From contig NC_068981.1 in NCBI RefSeq assembly GCF_001194135.2, positions 77,364,924 through 77,409,097 on the forward strand: 44,174 bases of DNA, in the 5' to 3' direction. Source of the DNA: Octopus bimaculoides. Taxonomy: Eukaryota. Below, one piece after another: positions 1 to 10,776 of the stretch (positions are counted from its first letter, which is position 1; each line of letters opens with the position of its first letter). The notes below the pieces were generated by a model. It did no database searches. It saw nothing but the letters and a program-made list of their open reading frames with translations, and had not been told where the DNA came from. A program made the position numbers and the translations under genes.

Positions 1-780
1 ATATATATATATATATATATGTACACACTAGGGATTATGTTAGGAAGGATTTTGAGGTATCTTGCGCCGACAACAAATATCGTTCATACTTTTGTTATGT
101 CTAAAAACCATAGACATATTTCGAGACAATCGTTGGTTGACTTCACAAAATTTATTCTTTTTGGCATCGAATACAAAGAGCTCCAGTGCTTTCTTTTGAG
201 TAATTTACGATACGGGTAGGGACATTTTTTAAATCTGTAGTATTATCTAAATACCTTTACAAAGTATTGAAATGAATGACATAAGAAACCATCTTATTGG
301 TTACATTTTCGATCTTTTCAACTGGATACTTTCTGTACTTTCTTTAGATTGTGTAGAGTCCGTCTAGAAGTAAATTTTCACAATAGACTTGTGCTACCTG
401 GAAGATGGTCAGAAATGTTTTTAAAAAGAACAAATTTATTTATCAATATTGAAATTTCGTTAAGACATGACAATGATTTTGTATGTGAATAGGCGAAAAC
501 AGTCATGTTTTAACATTTGAATAGTAGAATGTGCGAAACATTTCCTATTGATATTTTCGGCAACCAATCGAATCTTCACGTTCAGTTGAATATTCATACT
601 TAGAATATGTTTGCTTATATTTTGGCACAATGGTTTCTTATTTTAATCGTTTGAATAATCGGCAAAATAAAACTCAGCTTTACTATTCAGGAATTTCAGC
701 TTTTATTGTACTATACAGACATACATAAATACATACGTATATATACACATAAGCTCACATACATATATATGGAAGTAGTT

Positions 781-992
781 ATGTATGTATGTATGTATGT
801 ATGTATGTATGTATGTATGTATGTATGCATGTATGTGTGTGTGTTTGTATATGTGTGTGTGTGCGTGCGTGTGTGCGGTGAATATAAATATATAGAGATA
901 GCACAAACGTATACAGATACCTAAACATACGTAACACACACACACACATACGTATATGATGCATATGTGTGTGTCTTTTTTATGCACGTATT

Positions 993-1077
<85 letters not shown>

Positions 1078-1222
1078 ACTGAAAGACAAGCAGTCAGACA
1101 AACAGATGGACAGAGGGACGGACGGACAGAGAGACAGACTGTCAGATAAACAAATAAATAGTAATGTAGATATATCGTTAGAGAGAAAAAGAGAGAAAGA
1201 GAGACAGACAGAGAGACAGACA
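781..1222. repeat. Compound microsatellite (ATGT)n/(GT)n/(GATA)n/(GACA)n
   Basis: Directly visible tandem arrays; they explain the YVCM/IYLS-type ORFs here. Confidence 0.97.
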
Positions 1223-2317
1223 GAAATACTTGTTCTACATGGAAACATTTGCTATTTTGGTACGTCTCTAGGATTTTTTAAAGCATTTCTCTTTAACTGA
1301 TAATTTCAGTGGGTATATAAATTTTAGTGTTCATATATTCGTTCTTGCTCATTTTACTCCACATAAAAATTGTTAACACTGAGACTCTTTACCTCGCCTC
1401 CATCCTATCTTCTTTCATTTCCTTCTTGTCAGCAGTGTACTTCCGTTCATGATATAAATATCTGTGATGTTATCACCCTGTAAGTCGTTATTATAATTTA
1501 TACAATATTTAACTCGACCAAAGTCGGTGCTGCTTCTAAACTGCCATCAACTATACCAACAGCATCGTCGCTATTTCTACTTATATTAGCATCGTTAACA
1601 TGACATACCAACCAATGTTTACGAGCCAGTGAGCAAGTCTCTACACAGTCGCTTCATTCTGTTAGAAACATCAACCAAATTTCGCTGAAACTTACACTCA
1701 AAAATCGTAATACAGTAATGCGATCTGAGATAAAAGATGGGGTTGAATTAAAAATTCTTGGCATCAAAGAGGACTGACAATGGACAAAACGCAGAAACAA
1801 CGACTAACCAACCAATAAACGTTAATACAACTGCTACAATCATCATCATCATCGTCGTCATCGTTATTACACATTTGAATATCCTCAAACAACAATGCAA
1901 AGCAAGGAAAGCATCCGTATGTGATCGATTACTTGATTTGCTAAGAACAGTAGCTAAATATTCAAATTATACCCTGTGTTCTTAAACAAGTCGGCAGAGA
2001 GAAGGCAAGGTTCCAGTGCTCAATCAGAATTTATTTTGTGCTTAAGAACGGTAACAACAATGCTTCGCACAAATCAACAAAAGTGCTTTTACTTGATCGC
2101 TGGTTCTGCTAGAAATAGCAGCTAAATCTCGAAAAATGTGGCACATACACTATGCCAGTCCAAAGTACTTTCATGAGTTCGTCCTAAACGTCTGTGCTTG
2201 TTTTCATACATTTCGTTTACCCTTGCTTCATATGTTCTGAGTAATTCCAAGCTTTGTTTCATACGTCCCAAGTTATTCTGGTCGTTAAATTTCATGAGAA
2301 TCACACGACAAAGAGTT

Positions 2318-2380
<63 letters not shown>
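2318..2380. repeat. (GAAA)n microsatellite
   Basis: Direct tandem repeat. Confidence 0.97.
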
Positions 2381-2381
<1 letters not shown>

Positions 2382-2669
2382 GGATAATTAAGTCATAGAT
2401 AAATTATGCCTAGATGAAGAGGAGATTGTCATGGTCATGATGTATTTGACCGTAGGTGCAAACCGAGCTCAATAGGAAGAAAAAGAAAGAGGTCTGACAG
2501 CCATAGTTATGGTTGCTCAGAATTTGCTTCATGCTGCACGAGAACAAGAACAACAGCAGCACAAATATTATTGTCATTCATAATGTTCAACACCACCGTT
2601 ATAATACCAACATCAACATAAAGAGCACCTTCAAGTTGATAACTACAAATATATAAATTAAATATACTA

Positions 2670-2795
2670 GGCGTAGGAGTGGCTGTGCGGTAAGTAGCTT
2701 GCTTACGAACCACATGGTGTCTTCTACCCTTAGCCTCAGGCCGACCAAAGCCTTGTGAGTGGATTTGGTAGACGGAAGCTGAAAGAAGCCCGTCG
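2670..2795 (+). mobile_element. tRNA-derived SINE 5' part, internally deleted (B box lost)
   Basis: GGCGTAGGAGTGGCTGTGCGGTAAG...GCCTTGTGAGTGGATTTGGTAGACGGAAGCTGAAAGAAGCCCGTCG aligns with the copy at 25665-25822. That copy carries an extra ~30-nt TCCGGGTTCAGTC B-box segment. Confidence 0.85.
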
Positions 2796-3522
2796 TATAT
2801 ATATANNNNNNNNNNNNNNNNNNNNNNNNNNNNNNNNNNNNNNNNNNNNNNNNNNNNNNNNNNNNNNNNNNNNNNNNNNNNNNNNNNNNNNNNNNNNNNN
2901 NNNNNNNNNNNNNNNNNNNNNNNNNNNNNNNNNNNNNNNNNNNNNNNNNNNNNNNNNNNNNNNNNNNNNNNNNNNNNNNNNNNNNNNNNNNNNNNNNNNN
3001 NNNNNNNNNNNNNNNNNNNNNNNNNNNNNNNNNNNNNNNNNNNNNNNNNNNNNNNNNNNNNNNNNNNNNNNNNNNNNNNNNNNNNNNNNNNNNNNNNNNN
3101 NNNNNNNNNNNNNNNNNNNNNNNNNNNNNNNNNNNNNNNNNNNNNNNNNNNNNNNNNNNNNNNNNNNNNNNNNNNNNNNNNNNNNNNNNNNNNNNNNNNN
3201 NNNNNNNNNNNNNNNNNNNNNNNNNNNNNNNNNNNNNNNNNNNNNNNNNNNNNNNNNNNNNNNNNNNNNNNNNNNNNNNNNNNNNNNNNNNNNNNNNNNN
3301 NNNNNNNNNNNNNNNNNNNNNNNNNNNNNNNNNNNNNNNNNNNNNNNNNNNNNNNNNNNNNNNNNNNNNNNNNNNNNNNNNNNNNNNNNNNNNNNNNNNN
3401 NNNNNNNNNNNNNNNNNNNNNNNNNNNNNNNNNNNNNNNNNNNNNNNNNNNNNNNNNNNNNNNNNNNNNNNNNNNNNNNNNNNNNNNNNNNNNNNNNNNN
3501 NNNNNNNNNNNNNNNNNNNNNN

Positions 3523-3563
<41 letters not shown>

Positions 3564-3584
3564 ACACATATATATATTTATATA

Positions 3585-3862
3585 TGATGGTTTTTGTGCC
3601 AACTTAATGTGGCAGTCCCAGCAAAGGAAAGAATGTTACTGCTATTTAGCCCCAGGAAACACCGTTTCTAGTTGGCTATGAGACACAAGCGTACTGTGTC
3701 CTTAAGCTTTCAAACAGGGAAAATAAGCACCTGTTTGAAAAGTTAAGAACACAGTATGCCTGTGTCACATAGCCAACTGGAAACGTTGTTTCCTGGGGCT
3801 GAAAAACAGTAGCATTCTTCCCATTGCTGGTACTGCCACATTAATTTGGCAACAAACCATCA
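3585..3862. mobile_element. Foldback MITE, almost fully palindromic
   Basis: The left arm TGATGGTTTTTGTGCCAA...CAAACAGG (3585-3718) is the imperfect reverse complement of CCTGTTTG...TTGGCAACAAACCATCA (3730-3862). The loop is 11 nt. Confidence 0.88.
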
Positions 3863-4118
3863 CTTTATCGTGCTGCTACTGTATAAGTCTCTCTGAGAGA
3901 TTTAAAAATGCAACATTTCTAATTTTATATATACATATGACTCACAAGTAAAGAAATTCTATTCCTGAATGTGGTACACACACACACACACANNNNNNNN
4001 NNNNNNNNNNNNNNNNNNNNNNNNNNNNNNNNNNNNNNNNNNNNNNNNNNNNNNNNNNNNNNNNNNNNNNNNNNNNNNNNNNNNNNNNNNNNNNNNNNNN
4101 NNNNNNNNNNNNNNNNNN

Positions 4119-4165
<47 letters not shown>

Positions 4166-4253
4166 TATATCGTTCGTAAACGTAAATCTGGAAAAAGAAG
4201 CACACTCTAAGTTATAGAGCAGTATATTTTAAAGTTAGATAAGACTGGTTTAT

Positions 4254-4313
4254 GGGATTACCTAAGGTTTCACCTCCATAAGGGCTCGGCTTTATGGTGT
4301 ATCATCAGATCCC
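4254..4313 (-). ncRNA. Minimal type I hammerhead ribozyme in the PLE 3' region
   Basis: Minus strand reads GGGAT-CTGATGA-stem II (CCATAA/TTATGG)-GAAA-CC TTA GG-TA-ATCCC. Both core motifs, stem I (GGGAT/ATCCC), a short stem III and a GUA cleavage triplet are present. The base of stem II is mismatched. Confidence 0.78.
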
Positions 4314-4416
4314 AAAACCTGTTGGCTAAGGTCCTCTCTAGCAAGTGGCCTCTCGAATATGGAGCAGGAAATGACCCCTTTGCTCAATTTCAACAAAGGG
4401 GATTGTCTCCCACTGG

Positions 4417-5790
4417 CTATCGATGGCCGATATCAATAAAAGGGGTTGTGTCAGTGGCCCTGTTATCCCGTGTGTTCCAATATGCTAGCAGGAATTTCCT
4501 GAAATGTAAGCGCGGTCCGAAGACCTCCGTTCTTGAGTTCAGGATGTTCCGTGGTTCGAGGGAGTCCTTTAGGATCCTCACCCGTTCCGCTATGCATAAC
4601 TTACAGTAGTCGGTTCCGTTAATGTAGGGGCCAGGATTCTGTAGGATTATCCATGATATTGTGTATGGAATCCCGTCGTCTATTAGCTGCCAAACATGGC
4701 TGGTTAATGACGTGACGAATCTCCTTTCCAGTATCCTGAAGGACAATCTGTAGTTGTTTGCGACGGTGTGTCCGTTTGTGTTGGCGTCGCTGCCACCGCT
4801 TTTGCTGGGATTAGCGCTGTTGGTGCTGGCGTTGCTGGTGCTGGTGCTGATGGTGTTGGAGCTGGAGCCGTTGGTGTTGGCGTCGGCGCTGTTGGTTTTG
4901 GCGTCATTGGAGGTGGAGATAGTGTTGGTGCCGCCTTTGCCGATGTTGGTATAGATTCCTTTGTTAGTAAAGGTGCCGTTGTTGTTAAGGCTACCCCCAA
5001 TGGTGGAGGCGCTGTCATTGCTATTGTAGATGTCATTGGCGATGTCTCTCCTGCTATTTCCGTTAGGGATACTGCCGTCGTTGTCGTCGCTGTTATTGTT
5101 GTTATTGTTGGCGATAGTACAGCCACTGCTGCTATTGGAACTGTCGAGCCTGCTGCTGTAGACGTAACCATTAGGGAAGCTGCTGCTGCTGCCGTTAGGG
5201 ATGCTGCCATTGCTGTCGTTGATGTTGCTCACGCTGACGCTGGCGATGGAGTTGTTGGTTCTGTTCGCGTTTCTGCTTCAACTATTGATACTGACGTTCC
5301 TGCTACTGTTGTCACCGTTAGGGGCGCTGCTGATGTTGCTACCAATGCTCGGGTCGGCCAGTATCTCGGCTTCGTAGATGACTCTCTTGGTTTCGTAGTG
5401 GCCCCTTACTGGACATCAGTTGCGGCCCCTGCGTGAACATCCTGCCTCCGCTCGTGGTCTAGGGGCGCTAACACTTAATATTGGGGCAGAGCTAAATGGG
5501 ACCCTAATGTTATGCCTGTTGAAAATGTGGCCATATCTATGTGAACTAGTGAAATGTTTATCTATTAACTTAAGGAATATCCTACCTACAGGCGTTTTCA
5601 CGCTAAGAGAGTAAGTGGGAAACAAACCAAATGATATTTCTGCGGAGCTTCTATGTTGGGGCCCGGCATGTTGGAGAGGCGGTTCCTAAATCCGCTAGCA
5701 ACTAGGGCCTCGATATAGCAGGGGTCTGCTGAATCAATAATCGTTTGGTTAGTGGTAATATTTATTCCACTCTAACGTGGATGTTCTTTT
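4417..5790 (-). pseudogene. 5'-truncated Penelope-like element, RT thumb + linker + C-terminal GIY-YIG endonuclease (WFNPP/CxC type, probably Hydra clade)
   Basis: Minus translation gives PCYIEALVASGF, RRNIIWF/(fs)PTYSLSVKTPVGRIFLKLIDKHF, GCSRRGRN*CPVRGHYETKRVIYEAEI, NYRLSFR..TSLTSHVWQL..YTISWIIL, CKLCIAER..LNSRTEVFGPRLHFRKFLL. These match the PLE consensus motifs WFNPPYS..FLxLIDKHF, CxC..CPxxGxC..VIY and CxLCxxEK..LNxRxE..CxH. The clade label is from recall. Confidence 0.85.
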
Positions 5791-5821
5791 GGAACAAATG
5801 TTACGATGATGGATGCTCGAC

Positions 5822-6061
5822 CGCTAGAGGTAGTAGCGACTCAACTCCCCGCCAGTATTATACGATAAATGAGTGCCAGAACAGACACAGGTCTTGCGAT
5901 TAGCCAGTTAACTTTTTTTAAATATATATATTAGTGACAGAGGCAATATTGACACCGAGAGAGTAAATATTTATTCACACTTATACGTACGACCAAAAAA
6001 GATGGAAATCACATGATCTGGTGGTCTCGGCACTGCAGTTGATTGGGATTTATCTCCCCTC
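5822..6061 (+). mobile_element. ~240-bp non-autonomous DNA element, copy 1
   Basis: AGTGCCAGAACAG...GCGATTAGCCAGT...GAAATCAC..GTCTCGGCACTGCAGTT is shared with 7493-7685. CGCTAGAGG at 5822 is the reverse complement of CCTCTAGCG ending copy 2. Confidence 0.55.
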
Positions 6062-6888
6062 ACTTTCCATCATCTAGTATGTTGAAAGGGTTGCTGAAGC
6101 ACTTGATAGCTGCAATGGTCCCTGAGACAGGTTTCTCGCCGGTCGCAATTTCACAAGGGCGAACACCCCGATGCTGCAATGCTTTGTCTTCTTCATCAGA
6201 CATTCCCGCTAGAAAAAATATAGCCTGATGAAATGTTGTTCGTTCTTTACCTAACTTAGCCCATTTTTGATTTCATAACGAGCATACATAACAAACTGCT
6301 ATGGTGTAGGTAGGGTCAACTTTTGTTTACTTTTGACTTCAACAACCTCTTTGATGAAAATATTTGCATAATTTAATGCTTCATTTTATAGATCAACTCA
6401 AGTATAATTTTCTGTGATCATTTGCAATGATTCAAGGAAAGATTCGAAAATACCACTTGCTAGATTTTGCCTTACTTCTATTCGACAAATTCACCAATAC
6501 GTACAAAACATTATGTAAAAGTGCAGAAATATCCCACATTCCACGGAGTAAACACTACTTCTTTTCAATTTTTCTTTTACTTCTGGTATTAAAAAGCACA
6601 TGTAAACCTTCGTTTGGATTAATTTTCAATAAAAAAAAAGAACGTTATCATGGTCTTGGTAATAAATAAAACCTGTGAATTCGAGATATTATAGATGAAG
6701 GTTAAAGTTCGTGACCTTTTGACCTCTGGTGACTGCTTTACAGAATAAATTTGCTTATCATTTGCATGAACTTGTAGGTCTAGACCAGGTAATCATTTTA
6801 AGTGATCACTTTGAAATATTTTGGCGAAGAGTTGCAGTTAGAGCTGTTTAAATTTTCCATACCTCTAATTTACTGCCTCCAGCTGTAC
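6062..6888 (-). mobile_element. Possible Tc1/mariner-superfamily 5' remnant (HTH start and TA-CAG terminus)
   Basis: Minus reading MSDEEDKALQHRGVRPCEIA..TIAAIKCF loosely resembles a Tc1/mariner N-terminal HTH. A TACAGCTGGAGG end lies near 6888. Weak. Confidence 0.22.
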
Positions 6889-7014
6889 AAGTGGGTATGG
6901 TCAAAACGTCCATGGTGGGTATCTTCCATCCCAGTATTTTCGCAGACAACAAAAATTTTCTGACTTCTTAGACCCCTGGCCTATATGTATACATACATAC
7001 ATACATACATACAT

Positions 7015-7050
<36 letters not shown>

Positions 7051-7053
7051 ACT

Positions 7054-7105
<52 letters not shown>

Positions 7106-7343
7106 TAAGCACACACATACACACACATATGTATATGTATATGATAAAGTCACAGAAGTGTGACGAAAGGACTCTGGCCGAAATACAATTAATATAAGAT
7201 AAAACTGAAGCAAGTCAACACCAGATATATAGTGCGTGTGTTTTTATTGGCTAAACTAGCAACATGATGACCATCCCCAAATACAACAATATCTGTTTCA
7301 ACACACGAATTCACATCAAGGATCTTGGAAAACGGATAACTAA

Positions 7344-7393
<50 letters not shown>

Positions 7394-7492
7394 GTGTGTG
7401 TGTGTATAGATCACAGGTGAGAACCAGATATTCTCCGTTTAGAAGACACTAAGTAGTGCTAAAAAGATTCAAACTTAGACTGATGTAAATCA

Positions 7493-7685
7493 GTGCCAGA
7501 ACAGGCACCGTTGTCGCGATTAGCCAGTGAGCTTGTGAGAAAATATATATTAGAGACAGAGGTATTATTAAGGTCGAGAGAGATAATATCTATTCCCATT
7601 TAAGCGTTAGAACAACAAAGGTCGAAATCACGTGACCCGGTTGTCTCGGCACTGCAGTTACTAGGGATATATCTTCCCTCTAGCG
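7493..7685 (+). mobile_element. Diverged copy 2 of the 5822 element (5'-truncated)
   Basis: Colinear similarity to 5870-6061. Confidence 0.55.
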
Positions 7686-8539
7686 ATATAAACAATCGTG
7701 TCTTTTGCACCAAAAACCAATTTGAGAGTGTTTCTTGGTGTCTGCTATAGTATATTTTTTTCTAAAAGAACATTTACATTTAAGTGAAAACAAATATTAC
7801 CTCCCGGTTTGAACACTGCCTTGTGCCTATAGTAAAAAAGTATTATTGTTCTGTTTTCACGCACACGCGCGCACACATACACACACTCACACACATATAT
7901 AAGCACCCACTTCCACACATACACGTGCACACACATAATCTAAACATCTCTGCATATGTATGTGTATATATGCATCTTATATTTTCACATATAATTTGTT
8001 TTTGATACGAAAAACGTTCAGTTGTAATCTCCAGCAGCTGTATACACCGGAGCTACGATCCGAAGTCAAAAAGAAATATGAACTGTGTGAGAGGTCACAG
8101 AATGGTTTTCTTCTAGCCTGATTCTACTTCATACATTGTATTTTCTATTAAATAGTTATCGTTTCTCATTGTTGGTTAATTCTTCGACTATTTCCGAATT
8201 GTTCTTACTGTTACTGTAATAGCAGTTTTTTTTTTTTTTTTTTGCAAGTTCTTTAGGACTTCAAACGACGAAAAATTTTCTCCATATTTTCCTGTTTTGC
8301 ATGTATTCCTATATCTTATTTCTGTCAATGTAATCAGTAATGACTTTTCTTTCTTACATATTCCTGATTTGTTTTTCTCTTTCTTTCCTTAAGTCAAGCA
8401 CTTTAAAGAAGCAGGGTTTGGGTGAATGGAAAGAGATAATAGTTTTTCTTTCCAACTATTCTCCATGTTTACATTTATACACACACACGAATACATTTTT
8501 CTCTTTAATTAGCCTAAAGTAGAAATAGATTTATAGTAA

Positions 8540-9063
8540 NNNNNNNNNNNNNNNNNNNNNNNNNNNNNNNNNNNNNNNNNNNNNNNNNNNNNNNNNNNNN
8601 NNNNNNNNNNNNNNNNNNNNNNNNNNNNNNNNNNNNNNNNNNNNNNNNNNNNNNNNNNNNNNNNNNNNNNNNNNNNNNNNNNNNNNNNNNNNNNNNNNNN
8701 NNNNNNNNNNNNNNNNNNNNNNNNNNNNNNNNNNNNNNNNNNNNNNNNNNNNNNNNNNNNNNNNNNNNNNNNNNNNNNNNNNNNNNNNNNNNNNNNNNNN
8801 NNNNNNNNNNNNNNNNNNNNNNNNNNNNNNNNNNNNNNNNNNNNNNNNNNNNNNNNNNNNNNNNNNNNNNNNNNNNNNNNNNNNNNNNNNNNNNNNNNNN
8901 NNNNNNNNNNNNNNNNNNNNNNNNNNNNNNNNNNNNNNNNNNNNNNNNNNNNNNNNNNNNNNNNNNNNNNNNNNNNNNNNNNNNNNNNNNNNNNNNNNNN
9001 NNNNNNNNNNNNNNNNNNNNNNNNNNNNNNNNNNNNNNNNNNNNNNNNNNNNNNNNNNNNNNN
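8540..9063. other. Assembly gap directly abutting the tandem tRNA-like array
   Basis: N run; it may hide further repeat units. Confidence 0.95.
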
Positions 9064-9202
9064 GATTTACAATTCTGTAAATAATAATAATGGTATTTTC
9101 AAATATAAGCTTAAAGCTAATGCCGATCCCCGTGTAATGACTAAGGAAAATAGTCTAATAAAGGGGCATATAAGCCCTCGACAGAAAAAAAAGAAGGTTT
9201 CC

Positions 9203-9274
9203 TATCCGCATGAGAGTCGAACCCACATCCCTTTGTTAACGTGACGAAATGTGTTACCTTTACACCAGGGAATC
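9203..9274 (-). tRNA. tRNA-like gene or pseudogene (72 nt), identity undetermined
   Basis: Minus strand reads GATTCCC TG GTGT AAAGGTA ACAC ... GTGGG TTCGACT CTCAT GCGGATA. It has an A box, a B box, paired D and T stems, a partly paired acceptor stem and an oligo-T run just downstream. The anticodon arm is non-canonical. Confidence 0.6.
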
Positions 9275-9818
9275 AGCCTCTTTCTCTCTGTCGAACTTAA
9301 GAACTATATGTTAGTTCGTATTTGTTTTTATGTAAACAGACTTTCTATATGCTTTCGATGCAAATGGGTTTTTTTTTTATTACGGCGCCGTGACTTACAA
9401 TCCTGTAAATAACAATATTGGTACTTTTTCAAATAAGCTTAAAGCTTATAGCGATCACCGTGCAATGATTAAGGAAGATAGTCTAATAAAGAGGTATATA
9501 AGATCTCGACAGAAAAAAAAGGCTTTCCTATTTGAGTGGGAGTCGAACCCACATCCCTTTGTTAACGCAAGCAAGGATAGGAAAGCTTTCTTTTTTCTTA
9601 TATGTCCCTTTATTAGACTATTTTCCTTAGTCATTGCACAGTGGTCGCCATAAGCTTTGAGCTTATATAAAAAATACCAATATCGTTATTTACAGCATTG
9701 TAAATCACGGCGCCGTAATAAAAAACCATTCGCACCGAAAGCATATAAAATGTCTGTTTACACAAAAACAAATACGAACTAACATATAGTTCTTATATTT
9801 GACAGAAAGAGGGAGGCT

Positions 9819-9883
9819 GATTCGCTGGTGTAAAGGTAACAAACTTGGTCGCGTTAACAAAGGGATGTGGCTTCAACTCCCAT
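9819..9883 (+). pseudogene. Inverted, 3'-truncated copy of the tRNA-like unit
   Basis: GATTCGCTGGTGTAAAGGTAAC...GTGGCTTCAACTCCCAT, then microsatellite. Confidence 0.55.
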
Positions 9884-10167
9884 ACATATACATACATACA
9901 CACACGCGCACACGCACACGCACACACACACACACACACACATATATAGTTGAAATTTACAGTAAAACAAAAGACGAAGACAGATGTATTAGTGTGACGC
10001 TCAGGAAGGAACACGAGGAAATAGACAGGAAGACAATAGAAAAACGGGATATATTTCAAAACGGGGGCACCAGTTTTCATTTATGTTTTATGTAGTGTTT
10101 TTGGTACGGAAAGACTTTCAAACTTCGTATACTTATCTATTTTGTTATAGAACAGAAAAAATTTTTT

Positions 10168-10587
10168 GTATTCGAATTTATTTCATGTAAAAAATTGTCT
10201 TATTTCGATAATTTCTACTAATCACTGACGTCTATTCAGTTGAAAACAGTTAGCGCTGTAACGGTGTATATCGTATTAATCCCCTAACCCTAACACTAAC
10301 CCTAACTAGACTGTTAACCGTAACTGTAACAGTAACCCTAACCCTAAAACTAACCCTAACTCGAGAATCCGAACTCTAAAATTGTTACACACATAGATAC
10401 GCACAGCGTAATTTATTATATAAACAATATATGCGTATAAATTACGATTAAACCGGATGAAATATGTCACAGGGAATAACATTTTTATGACCGCCAAGCC
10501 GTAACTCTTATTCAGCTGAATAGACGTCAGTGATTGGTTGAAATTACAGAAATACGACAACTTTAACATGGAATAACTTACGAATTC
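10168..10587. mobile_element. MITE with ~75-bp terminal inverted repeats and internal telomere-like (CCCTAA)n
   Basis: AATCACTGACGTCTATTCAGTTGAA (10220-10244) pairs with TTCAGCTGAATAGACGTCAGTGATT (10511-10535), and the pairing extends outward to about 10168/10587. Degenerate CCCTAA repeats lie at 10282-10360. Confidence 0.75.
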
Positions 10588-10741
10588 CTTTTTTTTTTGT
10601 TAAGAAGACTAAGAGTAAAAGATGTTTTATATGACACATTCTACCAGTGTCCCAAGTTTCAAAGTGTTTCGTTAGTGTTTCGTTAAGAAAATACTGGTGA
10701 CCCCGTTTTAAAATAGATCCGAAAAACGTTTGGAGTTAGTG

Positions 10742-10776
<35 letters not shown>

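Larger units (their letters stand above)
9064..9890. repeat. ~325-bp tandem repeat unit followed by an inverted copy
   Basis: 9064-9240 aligns with 9389-9568. 9575-9890 is the reverse complement of about 9213-9531. Confidence 0.9.

Noticed and set aside
2122-2304. 60-aa minus ORF faintly like a LINE endonuclease
   Set aside because: No diagnostic residues are retained.
4265-4310. ATGA...AA...GA pattern resembling a SECIS element
   Set aside because: It coincides with the hammerhead core, and the helix is ~8 bp, shorter than SECIS helix II.
4768-5436. 222-aa Ala/Val/Gly-rich plus-strand ORF
   Set aside because: It is the codon-aligned antisense mirror of the Ser/Asn-rich PLE insert, with no independent homology.
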